Virus record (IMG/VR): IMGVR_UViG_3300020056_001855 | Coordinates: 1-49,405 of that record | Reading direction: 5' to 3' (one strand) | Source of the DNA: a virus | Taxonomy: Duplodnaviria; Caudoviricetes | DNA: 49,405 nt | Shown here: one piece after another, positions 35,730 to 46,776 of the stretch | How the letters are laid out: every line of letters starts with the position of its first letter | Position numbering within the stretch: position 1 is the first letter of the stretch | Notes under the pieces: generated by a model | Told to the model about the DNA's origin: nothing | The model's database searches: none | Seen by the model: only the letters and a program-made list of their open reading frames with translations | Made by a program: the position numbers and the translations under genes

Positions 35730-36095
35730 ATGACATTTTGCACACTGACAGACTCAGCAAAAAAGCAGATAGAAACCATTTGTGAAGAAAACGAATGCTA
35801 TGCTGTTACGCTAAACATCAAAGGCGGCGGATGTGCAGGGTTTGAATACGAGTGGGGAACATATAAAACACCCAACGAATTACGTGACGATGACGAAGTA
35901 TTCAAAACAGATAACAATCACACTTTTGTAATTGGTGCAGAAAGCGTAATGTTCTTAATTGGAACAGAAATAAACTACAAAAAAGATATAATTGGATCAA
36001 TGTTTGAAATTAATAATCCAAATGCACATAGTTCATGTGGATGCGGAGTAAGTGTTAATTTTGATATGGACAAACTTGTATCGCCAGCAATATAA
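35730..36095 (+). CDS. A-type Fe-S carrier (HesB/IscA/SufA/ErpA family)
   Basis: LTDSA, GGGCAGFEY, NPNA.SSCGCG.S. Confidence 0.93.
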   Translation: MTFCTLTDSAKKQIETICEENECYAVTLNIKGGGCAGFEYEWGTYKTPNELRDDDEVFKTDNNHTFVIGAESVMFLIGTEINYKKDIIGSMFEINNPNAHSSCGCGVSVNFDMDKLVSPAI

Positions 36096-36107
36096 ACGGA
36101 GTATAAA

Positions 36108-39100
36108 ATGGCAAGAAGAGAAGTTGATATTGGTATTGAGGGTAATGACGGCACAGGCGATAGTATTCGCGAATCGTTTCGTAAAGTAAATCAGAACTTT
36201 ACAGAACTATATGCTGTTTTTGGACAAGGTGGTAACATTAGTTTCCTTAACCTTGACGATACTCCAACTGATTATGCAGGAAATGAAAGTCGTGTTGTCT
36301 TTACCAAAGGTGACGGACTAGGTGTTGACTTTTATGAATTAGTATCAGATGCAGGTTCTAACGATGCTACAGATCCTGATAACACTGTTGCATTTAGTTT
36401 CGACGACGATGCAAAACAAATAAAAGTAAGAGCTATTAACACAAAACTAAGCCAAGATGCTAAACCAGTTTTAACAAGTGAATTAGCAGCAGCGGCAGTT
36501 ATGGGATATACAAATGCTATTAACACTGCTTTAATCAGTAATATTGATGATCTTGTAAATGAATACAACGCTACACATGGTACCAGCAGTGGTACAATTA
36601 CATCATCTAATGTAATTATTAGTAAAGGTTATGCAGATACACAATACGTGAATACAACTGGCGATACTATGACAGGTGATCTTGATGTTACTGGTGCTAT
36701 AACTGTATCTAATACTCCAAATACAGGAACTCAAGTTCCACAAACACAAGAAGTTCTTACAAGAGCAGGTAGCGTTGAAAATAGAACAATGCTAGATAAG
36801 TTGTTCTTAAGCGATCATCCGGGTGCATTAGCTGGTGCAGGTGCTCCGACTGGTCCAGATGATTTACAAGCTGCAACAAAATACTATGTTGACAACACAA
36901 GTTTCGCTAGTACAACCAACCTTTTTGTTAGCACACAGGGAGACGATAGTCAAAGCAAAACGCCTGCAGGTAAAGAAGGTAGAGCATTAAGTTATGCTTA
37001 TAGAACAATTGCAGCCGCTTGTGAAGCAGCAGAAGGTATTATTCGTGCTACACCGTACGAACCAGGACCATACGTACAAACCCTTACATATTTGAGCAGT
37101 GGTAATAGCATTGCAGCAAAAGTTACAGGAACACCTCAAGTTGCCAATGTTGGTGTTGATGCACAATTAGCTGCTGACACACTAGCTGAATACAGAGATA
37201 CAATTGCCGAAGAAACAACAGACTTTATAACTTCGACATATCCTGATTTTACATATGACGTGGATTTATGTGCTAGAGATGTAGGTTTAATTATAGACAG
37301 TGTAAGATTAGATATCTTGGGTGATCTACAACAAAACTATCTATCACGTTGGGCAGGTTTACGTTATTTTGCTAACCCTAGTGCAAATGTCGCTAGGGTC
37401 AATCAACGTACAGAAACTATTGCTGGTATTGAATACGCAAGAGACAGAGCTATTGTATATTTAACAGCTTTATCTGTTACAAGCACTTATAGAACAGCAG
37501 TAACAAATAGATTTAATGATGTTGTAAGTTTTATTGATCCCACAGTAACAGAAGCAGCGTTGACAGAAACAGGTGATTATTACAGTTTAAGTGTAACCAA
37601 TGGTAATATTGGACTTGAGCAAGGTAATACTGCAAACAGGGATATACGTGCTGGTAAAGTGGTCAAAGGTAAACAATCTGGTGCAGTTGCAGAAATTATA
37701 GAATATACTTTTGCCAATGGTTCTACTGATGACTTCAGTTTGAAATTATTAGAGCCAATTGAATTTATTTTAGGCGAAGAACTAGAATACGGTAATAAAA
37801 CACAAAACAACCAAATCAGTGTACGTGTAGAATCTGGTATCTATGATGAGCACATGCCAATTCGTGTTCCAGAAAACGTCAGTATCAAGGGTGACGAATT
37901 TAGACGTACAGTAATTCGTCCCAAGCGTGGACAATCACAAAGTAAATGGGCAAACACATATTTCTATAGAAGCGATACTTATGATGGATTAACCATTGCT
38001 ACTGGCGGTTTATCATTTACCCACCCAAACCCTGCATCAGATGAAACAGGATTTTATGGACGTCATTACTTAAAAGATCCTGCTTCTGATATAAATGTAG
38101 GAACAGATGCAGAACAAAATCCAGGAGATTTTGACTTATCAAGTAAATTGTTAAAGAAAAATAAAACGTTTGCAATTGAAGAAGTAATTGCATGGATAAC
38201 TGCTAATGTGAATGCAGGCACTGGTATATGGAATGGATTTACATACGATGAGGCAAAATGTCGTAGAGATTTAGGTTTTATCATAGACGGTATTATTTTA
38301 GACTTGGTGAGTGGCGGAAGAGAAGAAACACTTATTAACCAAGGCTTCTATGCTAGTGGTGCAGCAGTCACAGGACAAGAACAACAAACCAAAGAAGCTA
38401 TATTAAGATTAAAAACTATTTTTGATTATGTTTGGGATAATGGTGCTGGCGGTGTTAGTTACACAGTATTGAGCAGTGAAACAGTGGTAGTTGATGCGGA
38501 CTTAGCACCGGAAACAAACAGTAATACAAATGCAGATGCATTGGTTGATTGTGTTGCATTTGGTTTAGACAACACAGGATATAAACCACCAAAAGATAAC
38601 AACCAAATGGATGTATTCCTGTGTAATGATAACACTATTATTCGTAACGTTACATGTCAAAAGCATGGTGGATTTATGATGGTATTGGATCCTGAAGGAC
38701 AAATACTAACACGTTCACCTTATGCACAAACATGTAGTAGTTTCTCACAAAGCCAAGGTTTAAACAAGGTATTTGCAGGTGGTATGTATATAGATGGTTA
38801 TGCTGGTAACATGCCTGCTACAATTACAGGTTTGAATAATAGTGATCCATTTAGATTACAAGTTAGTTCTCCTGCAGACAACGGCTTGTTTATACGTAAA
38901 CCACCTACACCTTTTCCTTTCTATTTACAAGGTGTACGTTATCAAGTTAATGCGATAGAAAACTATAATCAAACAGCTGGTACCGCAGTATTGATACTAG
39001 ACGAAGATAGCAACGCACCTGATCCTATTGAAAATTCTATTAACAATATAGACTTGTCAGGCGCCAACGTTATTTTAGAATTTAATGGTAATCACGGATA

Positions 39101-42100
39101 TAGCAATACACAACAAATTATTATTACCAATGTTGATGGTACAACCGAACTTAACGGCAACAGTTACTATGTAGGTAATGCAGTAGCACAATCCTTTACA
39201 GTATATAGAGATGCTGCTCTTACTGATCCTGTACTAAGTTCTGAAGTAAGTGCTTATATTGGCAACGGCGATGTAAGAAGTGTGGTTGCAGGCACAGGCT
39301 ATACTGGAACTATACCTGCTGATATCTTTATGCAAAGCGGTGGTAACAGAAGTATGCTTGCAAACGACTATACACAGTTGAACGACAACGGTTATGGTGT
39401 TATTGCAAACAACAATGCTTTAACTGAACTTGTTAGTGTGTTTACATATTATTGTAACACAGGTTATATTGCAAGTAACGGTTCTCAAATACGTAGTTTG
39501 ACAGGTAACAACAGTTATGGTGTATACGGACTAGTTTCATCAGGTGCTGATCCGGATGAAATTCCACAGGATGCAACACTTAACCAAGACATGGTATTTC
39601 CTGCAAAAGTTTTTCAAGCACAATATCAGATACGTTTTCCAGTTGATGTAAGCGGAAATGTAAGTGTAGGAGATTTTGTTTACCAAGATAATACAACAGC
39701 AGTAGCACAAGTTAGTTTTATCACCAATAGTGGAAAAGATGTATTTGTTTTAAGTACAGTCAACGGTGTATGGAATACAACAGCAAGCAATGGTGTAAGA
39801 TTTGGTACAACAGCAGTAGCAGCGGCAACAGGTACATATGTTGATGGCACTGGTGCAGCAGGAGCAAACAATACGCCAACATTTGTAAAACTTAAAGATA
39901 CATTTAGTGAAGAAGGAGACCTTGTAGTATATGCATACGATCTAAGTGGTGATCCTTTAAATGTTAGTGAGATTGAAATTTATCATAGAAGTAATGATGT
40001 TTATCAACCTTACGAAGTTACAAACTCAACTGATCCGGATGAATATATTGGAACTTATGATGCAGCGGCAAGCGGAGGCGAAATAAATTATACTACTGCA
40101 TCAGCAGGTACACTAGCAACATTTAGAGTTGGAAAAACAGAAACTAATGGATACAATGTTACAATCACAAATGGAGGTACCGGTTACAGTTTAAGCGATA
40201 CATTTACAGTTGATGGTGCAGACATTGGCGGTGTAACAAGTACTAATGATGCAACAATCACAGTTACAGAAATTGATGGCGGTATTATTACAGCGGCAAC
40301 TATTTCAGGTACTCCAGTAACAGATACTAACACTCCAGTGATTTCAAACAAAATTTACAAACTTAACCTGGGCACAGGTATTGAAGGTACAGCAGAAAAT
40401 GGACTACAATACGACACAGATCATGATACTCCAATTGTGTTTAGACACAAACAGAACTTTGTTCTAGATGGTGTAACTAGTGTTCCAACTCGTCCTAGTA
40501 CTGCTGTTGTGTTCTCAGAAGATCCAAATGGCACTGTGACTTACAGAACAATCGGATTTGGTAGAAATATTACACAAAATAAAGTTGTTGGCTCAAATCA
40601 AAGTGTTGTTACATTTGATAGTAACTATGATTATTTGGATATGAACTTAGATCAAGATATTCTAAGCCTAGCAGACAACGATGCAAATATCACTCCTGCT
40701 ATAAGTGGAGCCACAGGTGCAGAAACACTAGGAGCAAGTGCTGGAGATACCAGAATAGCAATCAACCGTATTTCGTCAACAGACGAAGCTAGATTGTTAA
40801 CACAGGATATGATATTTACATGGGGCGGTAAAGCATTTAAAATTACAGGATACACTGAACATACCAATACTTCAACAGGTAACCAATTTGCAGTAATCAC
40901 ATTTACCGATCGTTCAAACATTGTAAACAATGCTACGGGTAGTGGTTTAAATGCATTCCCAGGAGGTACAGGAAGTGAACTTGTAAGTGCTAGAGGTATT
41001 ACACTAAAAGCAGGCCTTGAAGCAGGCGAACCAGTAGAAATTACTGTAAATATTTCAACTTGTCGTGCAACCAGCCACGATATGTTGGATATTGGCACAG
41101 GTGGATATAACGCTACCAACTATCCAGAACGTATCCTCGGACAACCAGTAAGTGAACCTGTTACAAGCAGTGATGCTATTGACAGTACAGGTAACAAATC
41201 AAAAGCACAAGTACAAGAACGTGATAAAGGTCGTGTGTTTGCTGTGCTTACGGATCAAGATGGTTTCTTCCGTGTTGGTAGATTCTTTGAAGTTGACCAA
41301 GGTACTGGTGCTGTTACATTTAACGCTGCACTTGTTCTTACAAATATTGACGGTATTGGATTTAAACGAGGTGTACGTGTTAATGAATTTAGCAGCGATG
41401 ATACATTCACAGATGCCAAAGGCGATGCAGTACCTACCCAAACAGCAGTCGAAGGCTATATCAACAGTAGACTAGGTAGAGATAGAGACGGACAACAAAT
41501 TCCATCAGGAGATATTATTCCATCAGGAGGTGGATTTATATACAAAGCAGGCGATACCATGGGTGGTACGCTTAATATGGATAATAACCGCATTACCAAT
41601 TTACAACCCAACACCAGTGTTGCAGATGACGCTGCTACCATAGGTTATGTAAACAGCAAAACAGATGAACTGAATGATATAGGCGATGTAACAATAACCG
41701 GCACTGATACTGCTATCCAAGCAGACATATTGGTATTTACAGGACAGGGTGTTGCAGGAACACAATTAAGTCAAAATGCTACAATGACTGGCGATATAAA
41801 TTTAACATATAACCCGTCAAACGCAAATGAAATTGAATCTGTAATTCAATCAGGTGTTGTTGTAGATGATATGGTTGCTACGCCGACAACATTTGGCGAA
41901 GGTATTACACAAGCTAAATTGTTTATGAATCGTGCAGGAACATTCGACGAAGATGATGCAACAAATGGAATTGGCGGAACTGCACCACAAGTTGGTCAGA
42001 GCTTTGTTGGTTTAGCAGCATTCAGTGATAATAACTTTGAAGTTGAAAGCGAGGACATAGGCGGCGGTACCGATGTTCCTACTGGCCGTGTTAGAATCAA

Positions 42101-43301
42101 AGCCGGCGGTGTTGCAAATGCAGAACTAGCAAACAGCAGCATTACACTAGCAGCAAGTGGTGGTACAAGCACAGCAGTATCCTTAGGCGGCACAATGACA
42201 TTTGCAGGTACAGCAAATGAAATTAGTGTAAGTGAAAGCAGCGGCACACTTACAATTAGTTTACCAGGTACTATTAATGCTAACACCACTGGTAATGCTG
42301 CAAGTGCAGATACTATAGATACTATACAACGTTCAACTAATGCAGTACACTATATGACGTTTGTTGATAGTGATAATACAAGTGCAACAGCAGAAAGTTT
42401 GTATACTGATGCGGGTGTAACTTACAATCCAAGTCAAAACACTTTGAGTGTAAGCAGTCAAATTAATGTACCAGATATTTACATGGCTCCAGAAGGCGAA
42501 CCATCAATCATCATGACTGATGCCACAACTAGTCCGTCATACTCAACAGGCAGTCATGGTAAAATAGAATGGCTCAGACAAGGTCCTATTTTAGGTGTAA
42601 CACAAATTGGTAAAATATCTACGCAATCATTTATTGATAATACTGCTGACTATGGCGGACGTTTGCAGATAGAAGCTCGTGGCTTTGGAACGTTTAATAA
42701 TCACAGTATAGATTTAAATACCGGAGGTTCCATAAGCATACAGTCTGGTCACGGAATAAGTATACAATTAGGTACTAACGGGGGAACTTCAGTTTCGACT
42801 GCTAGTGATGCACTTTGTATGTTCCCAGCAGCAAATAACTCGTACAATTTTGGTAAAAGTACTGCTAGATGGAACACAATATACGCAACAGTATTTGATG
42901 GTACTGCAACTGAAGCACTATACGCTGACTTGGCAGAAAACTATTTAGGCGATGCAGACTATGAACCAGGCACTGTGCTTGTATTTGGTGGAGATGCTGA
43001 AATAACAACCACAGATAAAAAAGGTGATCATAGAGTTGCTGGTATTGTAACAACCAATCCAGCTCACTTGATGAACAGTGCTCTACAAGGCGATCATGTT
43101 GTTGGACTAGCATTGCAAGGGCGTGTACCTTGTAAAGTAATTGGCAAAGTTGCACCTGGTGATATGCTTGTAACAAGTGCAATACCTGGATATGCTGTTG
43201 TCAATAACACACCCGGTATAGGACAAGTTATAGGTAAAGCAGTTGGAACAAAAGATGACAACGACCGAGGTGTAGTTGAAGTCGTAGTAGGGAGAGTATA
43301 A
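36108..43301 (+). CDS. 2397-aa virion tail/baseplate structural protein
   Basis: N-terminal NDGTGDSIRESFRKVNQNFTELY (T4 gp9/gp10-like), DAATK.YVD-type fibre motifs, beta-helix entry GIYDE..PIRVPENVSIKGD, C-terminal YADLAENY..GRVPCKV chaperone-like domain. Confidence 0.85.
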   Translation: MARREVDIGIEGNDGTGDSIRESFRKVNQNFTELYAVFGQGGNISFLNLDDTPTDYAGNESRVVFTKGDGLGVDFYELVSDAGSNDATDPDNTVAFSFDDDAKQIKVRAINTKLSQDAKPVLTSELAAAAVMGYTNAINTALISNIDDLVNEYNATHGTSSGTITSSNVIISKGYADTQYVNTTGDTMTGDLDVTGAITVSNTPNTGTQVPQTQEVLTRAGSVENRTMLDKLFLSDHPGALAGAGAPTGPDDLQAATKYYVDNTSFASTTNLFVSTQGDDSQSKTPAGKEGRALSYAYRTIAAACEAAEGIIRATPYEPGPYVQTLTYLSSGNSIAAKVTGTPQVANVGVDAQLAADTLAEYRDTIAEETTDFITSTYPDFTYDVDLCARDVGLIIDSVRLDILGDLQQNYLSRWAGLRYFANPSANVARVNQRTETIAGIEYARDRAIVYLTALSVTSTYRTAVTNRFNDVVSFIDPTVTEAALTETGDYYSLSVTNGNIGLEQGNTANRDIRAGKVVKGKQSGAVAEIIEYTFANGSTDDFSLKLLEPIEFILGEELEYGNKTQNNQISVRVESGIYDEHMPIRVPENVSIKGDEFRRTVIRPKRGQSQSKWANTYFYRSDTYDGLTIATGGLSFTHPNPASDETGFYGRHYLKDPASDINVGTDAEQNPGDFDLSSKLLKKNKTFAIEEVIAWITANVNAGTGIWNGFTYDEAKCRRDLGFIIDGIILDLVSGGREETLINQGFYASGAAVTGQEQQTKEAILRLKTIFDYVWDNGAGGVSYTVLSSETVVVDADLAPETNSNTNADALVDCVAFGLDNTGYKPPKDNNQMDVFLCNDNTIIRNVTCQKHGGFMMVLDPEGQILTRSPYAQTCSSFSQSQGLNKVFAGGMYIDGYAGNMPATITGLNNSDPFRLQVSSPADNGLFIRKPPTPFPFYLQGVRYQVNAIENYNQTAGTAVLILDEDSNAPDPIENSINNIDLSGANVILEFNGNHGYSNTQQIIITNVDGTTELNGNSYYVGNAVAQSFTVYRDAALTDPVLSSEVSAYIGNGDVRSVVAGTGYTGTIPADIFMQSGGNRSMLANDYTQLNDNGYGVIANNNALTELVSVFTYYCNTGYIASNGSQIRSLTGNNSYGVYGLVSSGADPDEIPQDATLNQDMVFPAKVFQAQYQIRFPVDVSGNVSVGDFVYQDNTTAVAQVSFITNSGKDVFVLSTVNGVWNTTASNGVRFGTTAVAAATGTYVDGTGAAGANNTPTFVKLKDTFSEEGDLVVYAYDLSGDPLNVSEIEIYHRSNDVYQPYEVTNSTDPDEYIGTYDAAASGGEINYTTASAGTLATFRVGKTETNGYNVTITNGGTGYSLSDTFTVDGADIGGVTSTNDATITVTEIDGGIITAATISGTPVTDTNTPVISNKIYKLNLGTGIEGTAENGLQYDTDHDTPIVFRHKQNFVLDGVTSVPTRPSTAVVFSEDPNGTVTYRTIGFGRNITQNKVVGSNQSVVTFDSNYDYLDMNLDQDILSLADNDANITPAISGATGAETLGASAGDTRIAINRISSTDEARLLTQDMIFTWGGKAFKITGYTEHTNTSTGNQFAVITFTDRSNIVNNATGSGLNAFPGGTGSELVSARGITLKAGLEAGEPVEITVNISTCRATSHDMLDIGTGGYNATNYPERILGQPVSEPVTSSDAIDSTGNKSKAQVQERDKGRVFAVLTDQDGFFRVGRFFEVDQGTGAVTFNAALVLTNIDGIGFKRGVRVNEFSSDDTFTDAKGDAVPTQTAVEGYINSRLGRDRDGQQIPSGDIIPSGGGFIYKAGDTMGGTLNMDNNRITNLQPNTSVADDAATIGYVNSKTDELNDIGDVTITGTDTAIQADILVFTGQGVAGTQLSQNATMTGDINLTYNPSNANEIESVIQSGVVVDDMVATPTTFGEGITQAKLFMNRAGTFDEDDATNGIGGTAPQVGQSFVGLAAFSDNNFEVESEDIGGGTDVPTGRVRIKAGGVANAELANSSITLAASGGTSTAVSLGGTMTFAGTANEISVSESSGTLTISLPGTINANTTGNAASADTIDTIQRSTNAVHYMTFVDSDNTSATAESLYTDAGVTYNPSQNTLSVSSQINVPDIYMAPEGEPSIIMTDATTSPSYSTGSHGKIEWLRQGPILGVTQIGKISTQSFIDNTADYGGRLQIEARGFGTFNNHSIDLNTGGSISIQSGHGISIQLGTNGGTSVSTASDALCMFPAANNSYNFGKSTARWNTIYATVFDGTATEALYADLAENYLGDADYEPGTVLVFGGDAEITTTDKKGDHRVAGIVTTNPAHLMNSALQGDHVVGLALQGRVPCKVIGKVAPGDMLVTSAIPGYAVVNNTPGIGQVIGKAVGTKDDNDRGVVEVVVGRV

Positions 43302-43603
43302 TGGCACAAAAAACCATTAATGTTGGAAGTAGTGTAAACAGCGGAGGAGGCGATGCCCTCCGCGATGCAATGATCAAAATCAATGATAATTTTACCGAGT
43401 TGTATACAAAAGTTGGTGGTTTAGAAGATGGACAAATTGTAACTGATGTTCAAGGTAGCGTTTTTGCAGATGATAGTACATTGCTGGTAGATGGTGTAAA
43501 TGGTATTATACCAGGATACGTGAGTTTAGATACACTGCAAAGTGTTGTTGCTGCTAGTGCTGATTTTGCAGACTTTAAAACTAGGGTAGCAGCTTTAACA
43601 TAA
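43301..43603 (+). CDS. small virion protein with gp9/gp10-like N-terminus
   Basis: INVGSSVNSGGGDALRDAMIKINDNFTELY; GSVFADDSTLLVDG. Confidence 0.75.
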   Translation: MAQKTINVGSSVNSGGGDALRDAMIKINDNFTELYTKVGGLEDGQIVTDVQGSVFADDSTLLVDGVNGIIPGYVSLDTLQSVVAASADFADFKTRVAALT

Positions 43604-43606
43604 ATA
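43600..43606 (+). promoter_or_regulatory. late-like promoter ATAAATA
   Basis: Overlaps the stop codon; upstream of ATG 43630. Confidence 0.6.
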
Positions 43607-43629
43607 TTAGAAAGAACAGGATTTAGAGA

Positions 43630-45153
43630 ATGGCAAATAGATTTCCACTTATAGTAGATACAGCAGATAACAAAATTAAAGAATTGCCAAATGGAGACAG
43701 TTTAGACTTTGAAGGTTCTGGTCTTGTAAATCTAAGCGATTTGACTTTATCTGCTGCATTATCAGTTGGCTCAGATGCAACAATCACAGGCACATTAGCA
43801 GTTACAGGTGCTACCACGTTAGGAGAAGTAACAGCAACAAATTTAGTTGTAGGCGGATTTCCTCCATTGTACAGTCAAACACAGTCAGATTGGACAGAAG
43901 AAAACGATCAAAGTCCTGCGTTTATTGCTAACAAACCAGAGTCATTCGGAGTAGATAGGATACAAGATCAAACAGACTTGACTGGTTTAGATGAAGCAAA
44001 CGATGGTGATAGTTTAATTGTAAGAAAATTAGAAGGTGAACCTATTAGTTTTGCATTTGAAACACAATCAGGAGGTGGCGGCAGCTTCCTTACAGACCTA
44101 ACTGCAACAAAAGCAGCAGACAGCGGAACAGGTAGTTTTACATACAATAATAACACCGGAGAGTTTACAGTTGCATTTCCAGAGATTGTAGGCGACGACA
44201 ATATTACTATTAATAGAGATGGTGCAAATATACAAATCGAATTTACTGGTAATTTAAGTAACACAGTTGACTTATCAACATATTCTATTGGAAATCTAGG
44301 TGATGTTAACACCACTAGTGTTGCTCCTAGTATAGGTGACGTTCTAAAATGGAATGGTAACCAATGGGCGCCGGCAATAGATGAAGAAGGCACCGGCGGT
44401 ATAGTTTCAGAAGAGGACACACTGGACAGTGTTGTACAAAGAGGTAGTACTACGAATACACAGGTGACTTTAAATGGTGGCCTTATTGTAAGTGGCGGTG
44501 CTGCTCAATTAGGTGCTGCAAGTGCATCAGACATTACCATAACAGATGGCGCAGCTACAAATACAGTCGCAGGAAATTGGAGCATTGCAGGTTCGTTATT
44601 TGTTACAAGTTTAGCTCAAGGTACACTGCCGGTTGTATCTGCTACAGGCGGATTCAATGCTCTACCAGGATTCAATATTGGTACAGCAAACGTACTTAAT
44701 ATACCAAGCGGTGCAAATATTACAGGCGACTTAGATGTTACAGGAACTATTACAGCAGATAGAGTTGAGAGCGGAGCGACAGGAACACCGACATTAGAAA
44801 GTAGTAGCGACATTATACTTAATGCATCAACAACTGGTAGAGTAGATGTTATTGCTGGCTTGTTCCAATTACCTACAAGTGCTGGTGTACCAGCTAGTCC
44901 TTCTGGTAACACCGGTGATGTTTATTATGATGATCAAGCAGAAACACTTGCTTTCTACAGTAGTAATGCAGACGGTCAAGGCAACGGAGGATTTATGTAT
45001 GTTCCTAACATGGCTTCTCCTAGACCATTACAATTACCAATATTCACTAACACACAAAGAAACGCAATTACACCCCAATTTGGAATGGTAATTGCAAATA
45101 GTGACAGTGGAACTGTACAATTCTATAACGGAAGCAACTGGGCAAATCTATAA
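43630..45153 (+). CDS. tail fibre-like structural protein
   Basis: G/T/S-rich; QSDW..AFI.NKP, GDVLKWNG..WAP, TLDSVVQRG, FYNGSNW fibre motifs. Confidence 0.75.
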   Translation: MANRFPLIVDTADNKIKELPNGDSLDFEGSGLVNLSDLTLSAALSVGSDATITGTLAVTGATTLGEVTATNLVVGGFPPLYSQTQSDWTEENDQSPAFIANKPESFGVDRIQDQTDLTGLDEANDGDSLIVRKLEGEPISFAFETQSGGGGSFLTDLTATKAADSGTGSFTYNNNTGEFTVAFPEIVGDDNITINRDGANIQIEFTGNLSNTVDLSTYSIGNLGDVNTTSVAPSIGDVLKWNGNQWAPAIDEEGTGGIVSEEDTLDSVVQRGSTTNTQVTLNGGLIVSGGAAQLGAASASDITITDGAATNTVAGNWSIAGSLFVTSLAQGTLPVVSATGGFNALPGFNIGTANVLNIPSGANITGDLDVTGTITADRVESGATGTPTLESSSDIILNASTTGRVDVIAGLFQLPTSAGVPASPSGNTGDVYYDDQAETLAFYSSNADGQGNGGFMYVPNMASPRPLQLPIFTNTQRNAITPQFGMVIANSDSGTVQFYNGSNWANL

Positions 45154-46754
45154 TGAGTGAAAAAGTATACACAGTAATTTCAAAAAGAGGTACTACCATT
45201 GATCAAATACAAGACGATCTTACAAGGTACACAAGATTAGATAATATTCCAAATAGAGCTGTTGATATTGCTCATCCTAGAGCAGGAAGTAAAAGACAAA
45301 CATATTTTAGTCTGACTGACGCAGAAGCAGCAATGATTAGAAATGATCCTAGAGTTGAAGCTGTAGAAATACCTGCAGAATACAGAGACGATATTGATAT
45401 TCAACTTACTGCAAAACAAATAGGAGATTTCAAAAAAACCAGTTTATCCTCTGGTGATTATGTTAATTGGGGACTGGTGCGTCATATGAGCGAAACTTAT
45501 AATTTCACAAATGACGGTTTAGGTAATGTAACAGCAAACACAGATACTTTTGCTTACAGTTTTGATGGTGAAGGTGTTGATGTTATAATACAGGATAGTG
45601 GACTACAGGTTGATCATCCTGAATTTCAAGATGCCGATGGCAATACAAGATTTCAATCTGTTAACTGGTATACTGCCAGCGGTATAAGTGGCACTCAAAG
45701 TGCAAATCATGATAGAGACTTAGACGGACACGGAACACATTGCGGAGGTATAGCAGCAGGTAAAACTTTTGGTTGGGCCAAAGGTGCAAGAGTTTATGGA
45801 CAAAAAGTCGCAGGTTTAGAAGGATCAGGCGATAGTGGAACTGGTATAAGCGTAAGTGATATATTTGATACTATACGTTTATGGCATGCTAATAAAAGTG
45901 GTGCTGATGCAGGCAGACCTACCGTGGTAAACATGAGTTGGGGTTATGGATATAATCTCTCGCCAAGTAGTATTACCACAGGAGTTTACAGAGGAACTTC
46001 GTGGGATTTTCAAAATGACTATGGGGGAGTAAGTCAAACATTACAAAATGCTGTAGGCATAATTATTCCAATTTTTGGTTCATTTAACACAACAAGAATG
46101 CCTGTGCGTATTGCTAGTGTTGATACAGATGTTCAAGAAATGATAGATGCAGGTATTCATGTTTGTATTGCATCAGGCAACAGTAGATTTAAAATAGATG
46201 TACCAGGTGGTGCTGACTATGACAACACAGTATTACGCAGCGGAGTGCAAGAACCATATCACAGAGGTAGTTCACCTTACAGTGAAGATGCAATGATAGT
46301 AGGCAATATTTTAGATGCTACATTTGGTAATCTCGACACAATCAGTACAAGTAGTTGCAACGGGCCTGGTGTAAATATTTGGGCAGCAGGCAGTAACATA
46401 ATGAGTTGCACAAGCAACACAAATAAATTTTCTGATGCACCATATCAAAAAGATAGCAATTTTAGACAGTGTAACATCAGTGGAACCAGTATGGCATCAC
46501 CACAGGTTGCAGGAGTGATTGCCTGTTTGTTACAAAAAGATCCTACACTAACACCTGCGCAAATTCAAACATTATTAATTGAAGATAGTGTAAAAGATAT
46601 AATTTACGATACAGCTTCGGATGTAGATTATGGTGAACCACGCAGCTTGAAAGGATCTCCAAACAGAATGATGTTTAATAGATACAACAGTGTACCATTT
46701 CAAATAAGCAGCAACCTTAGACCCAGGAACGGGCTAACGATACGACATGGATAA
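45153..46754 (+). CDS. subtilisin-like S8 serine protease
   Basis: IIQDSG (Asp), GHGTHCGG (His), ASGN (oxyanion Asn), SGTSMASP (Ser). Confidence 0.93.
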   Translation: MSEKVYTVISKRGTTIDQIQDDLTRYTRLDNIPNRAVDIAHPRAGSKRQTYFSLTDAEAAMIRNDPRVEAVEIPAEYRDDIDIQLTAKQIGDFKKTSLSSGDYVNWGLVRHMSETYNFTNDGLGNVTANTDTFAYSFDGEGVDVIIQDSGLQVDHPEFQDADGNTRFQSVNWYTASGISGTQSANHDRDLDGHGTHCGGIAAGKTFGWAKGARVYGQKVAGLEGSGDSGTGISVSDIFDTIRLWHANKSGADAGRPTVVNMSWGYGYNLSPSSITTGVYRGTSWDFQNDYGGVSQTLQNAVGIIIPIFGSFNTTRMPVRIASVDTDVQEMIDAGIHVCIASGNSRFKIDVPGGADYDNTVLRSGVQEPYHRGSSPYSEDAMIVGNILDATFGNLDTISTSSCNGPGVNIWAAGSNIMSCTSNTNKFSDAPYQKDSNFRQCNISGTSMASPQVAGVIACLLQKDPTLTPAQIQTLLIEDSVKDIIYDTASDVDYGEPRSLKGSPNRMMFNRYNSVPFQISSNLRPRNGLTIRHG

Positions 46755-46757
46755 ATA
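46751..46757 (+). promoter_or_regulatory. late-like promoter ATAAATA
   Basis: Overlaps the stop codon; followed by GGAG/AGGA and ATG 46777. Confidence 0.6.
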
Positions 46758-46776
46758 CTAAAAACGGAGTAGGAAT

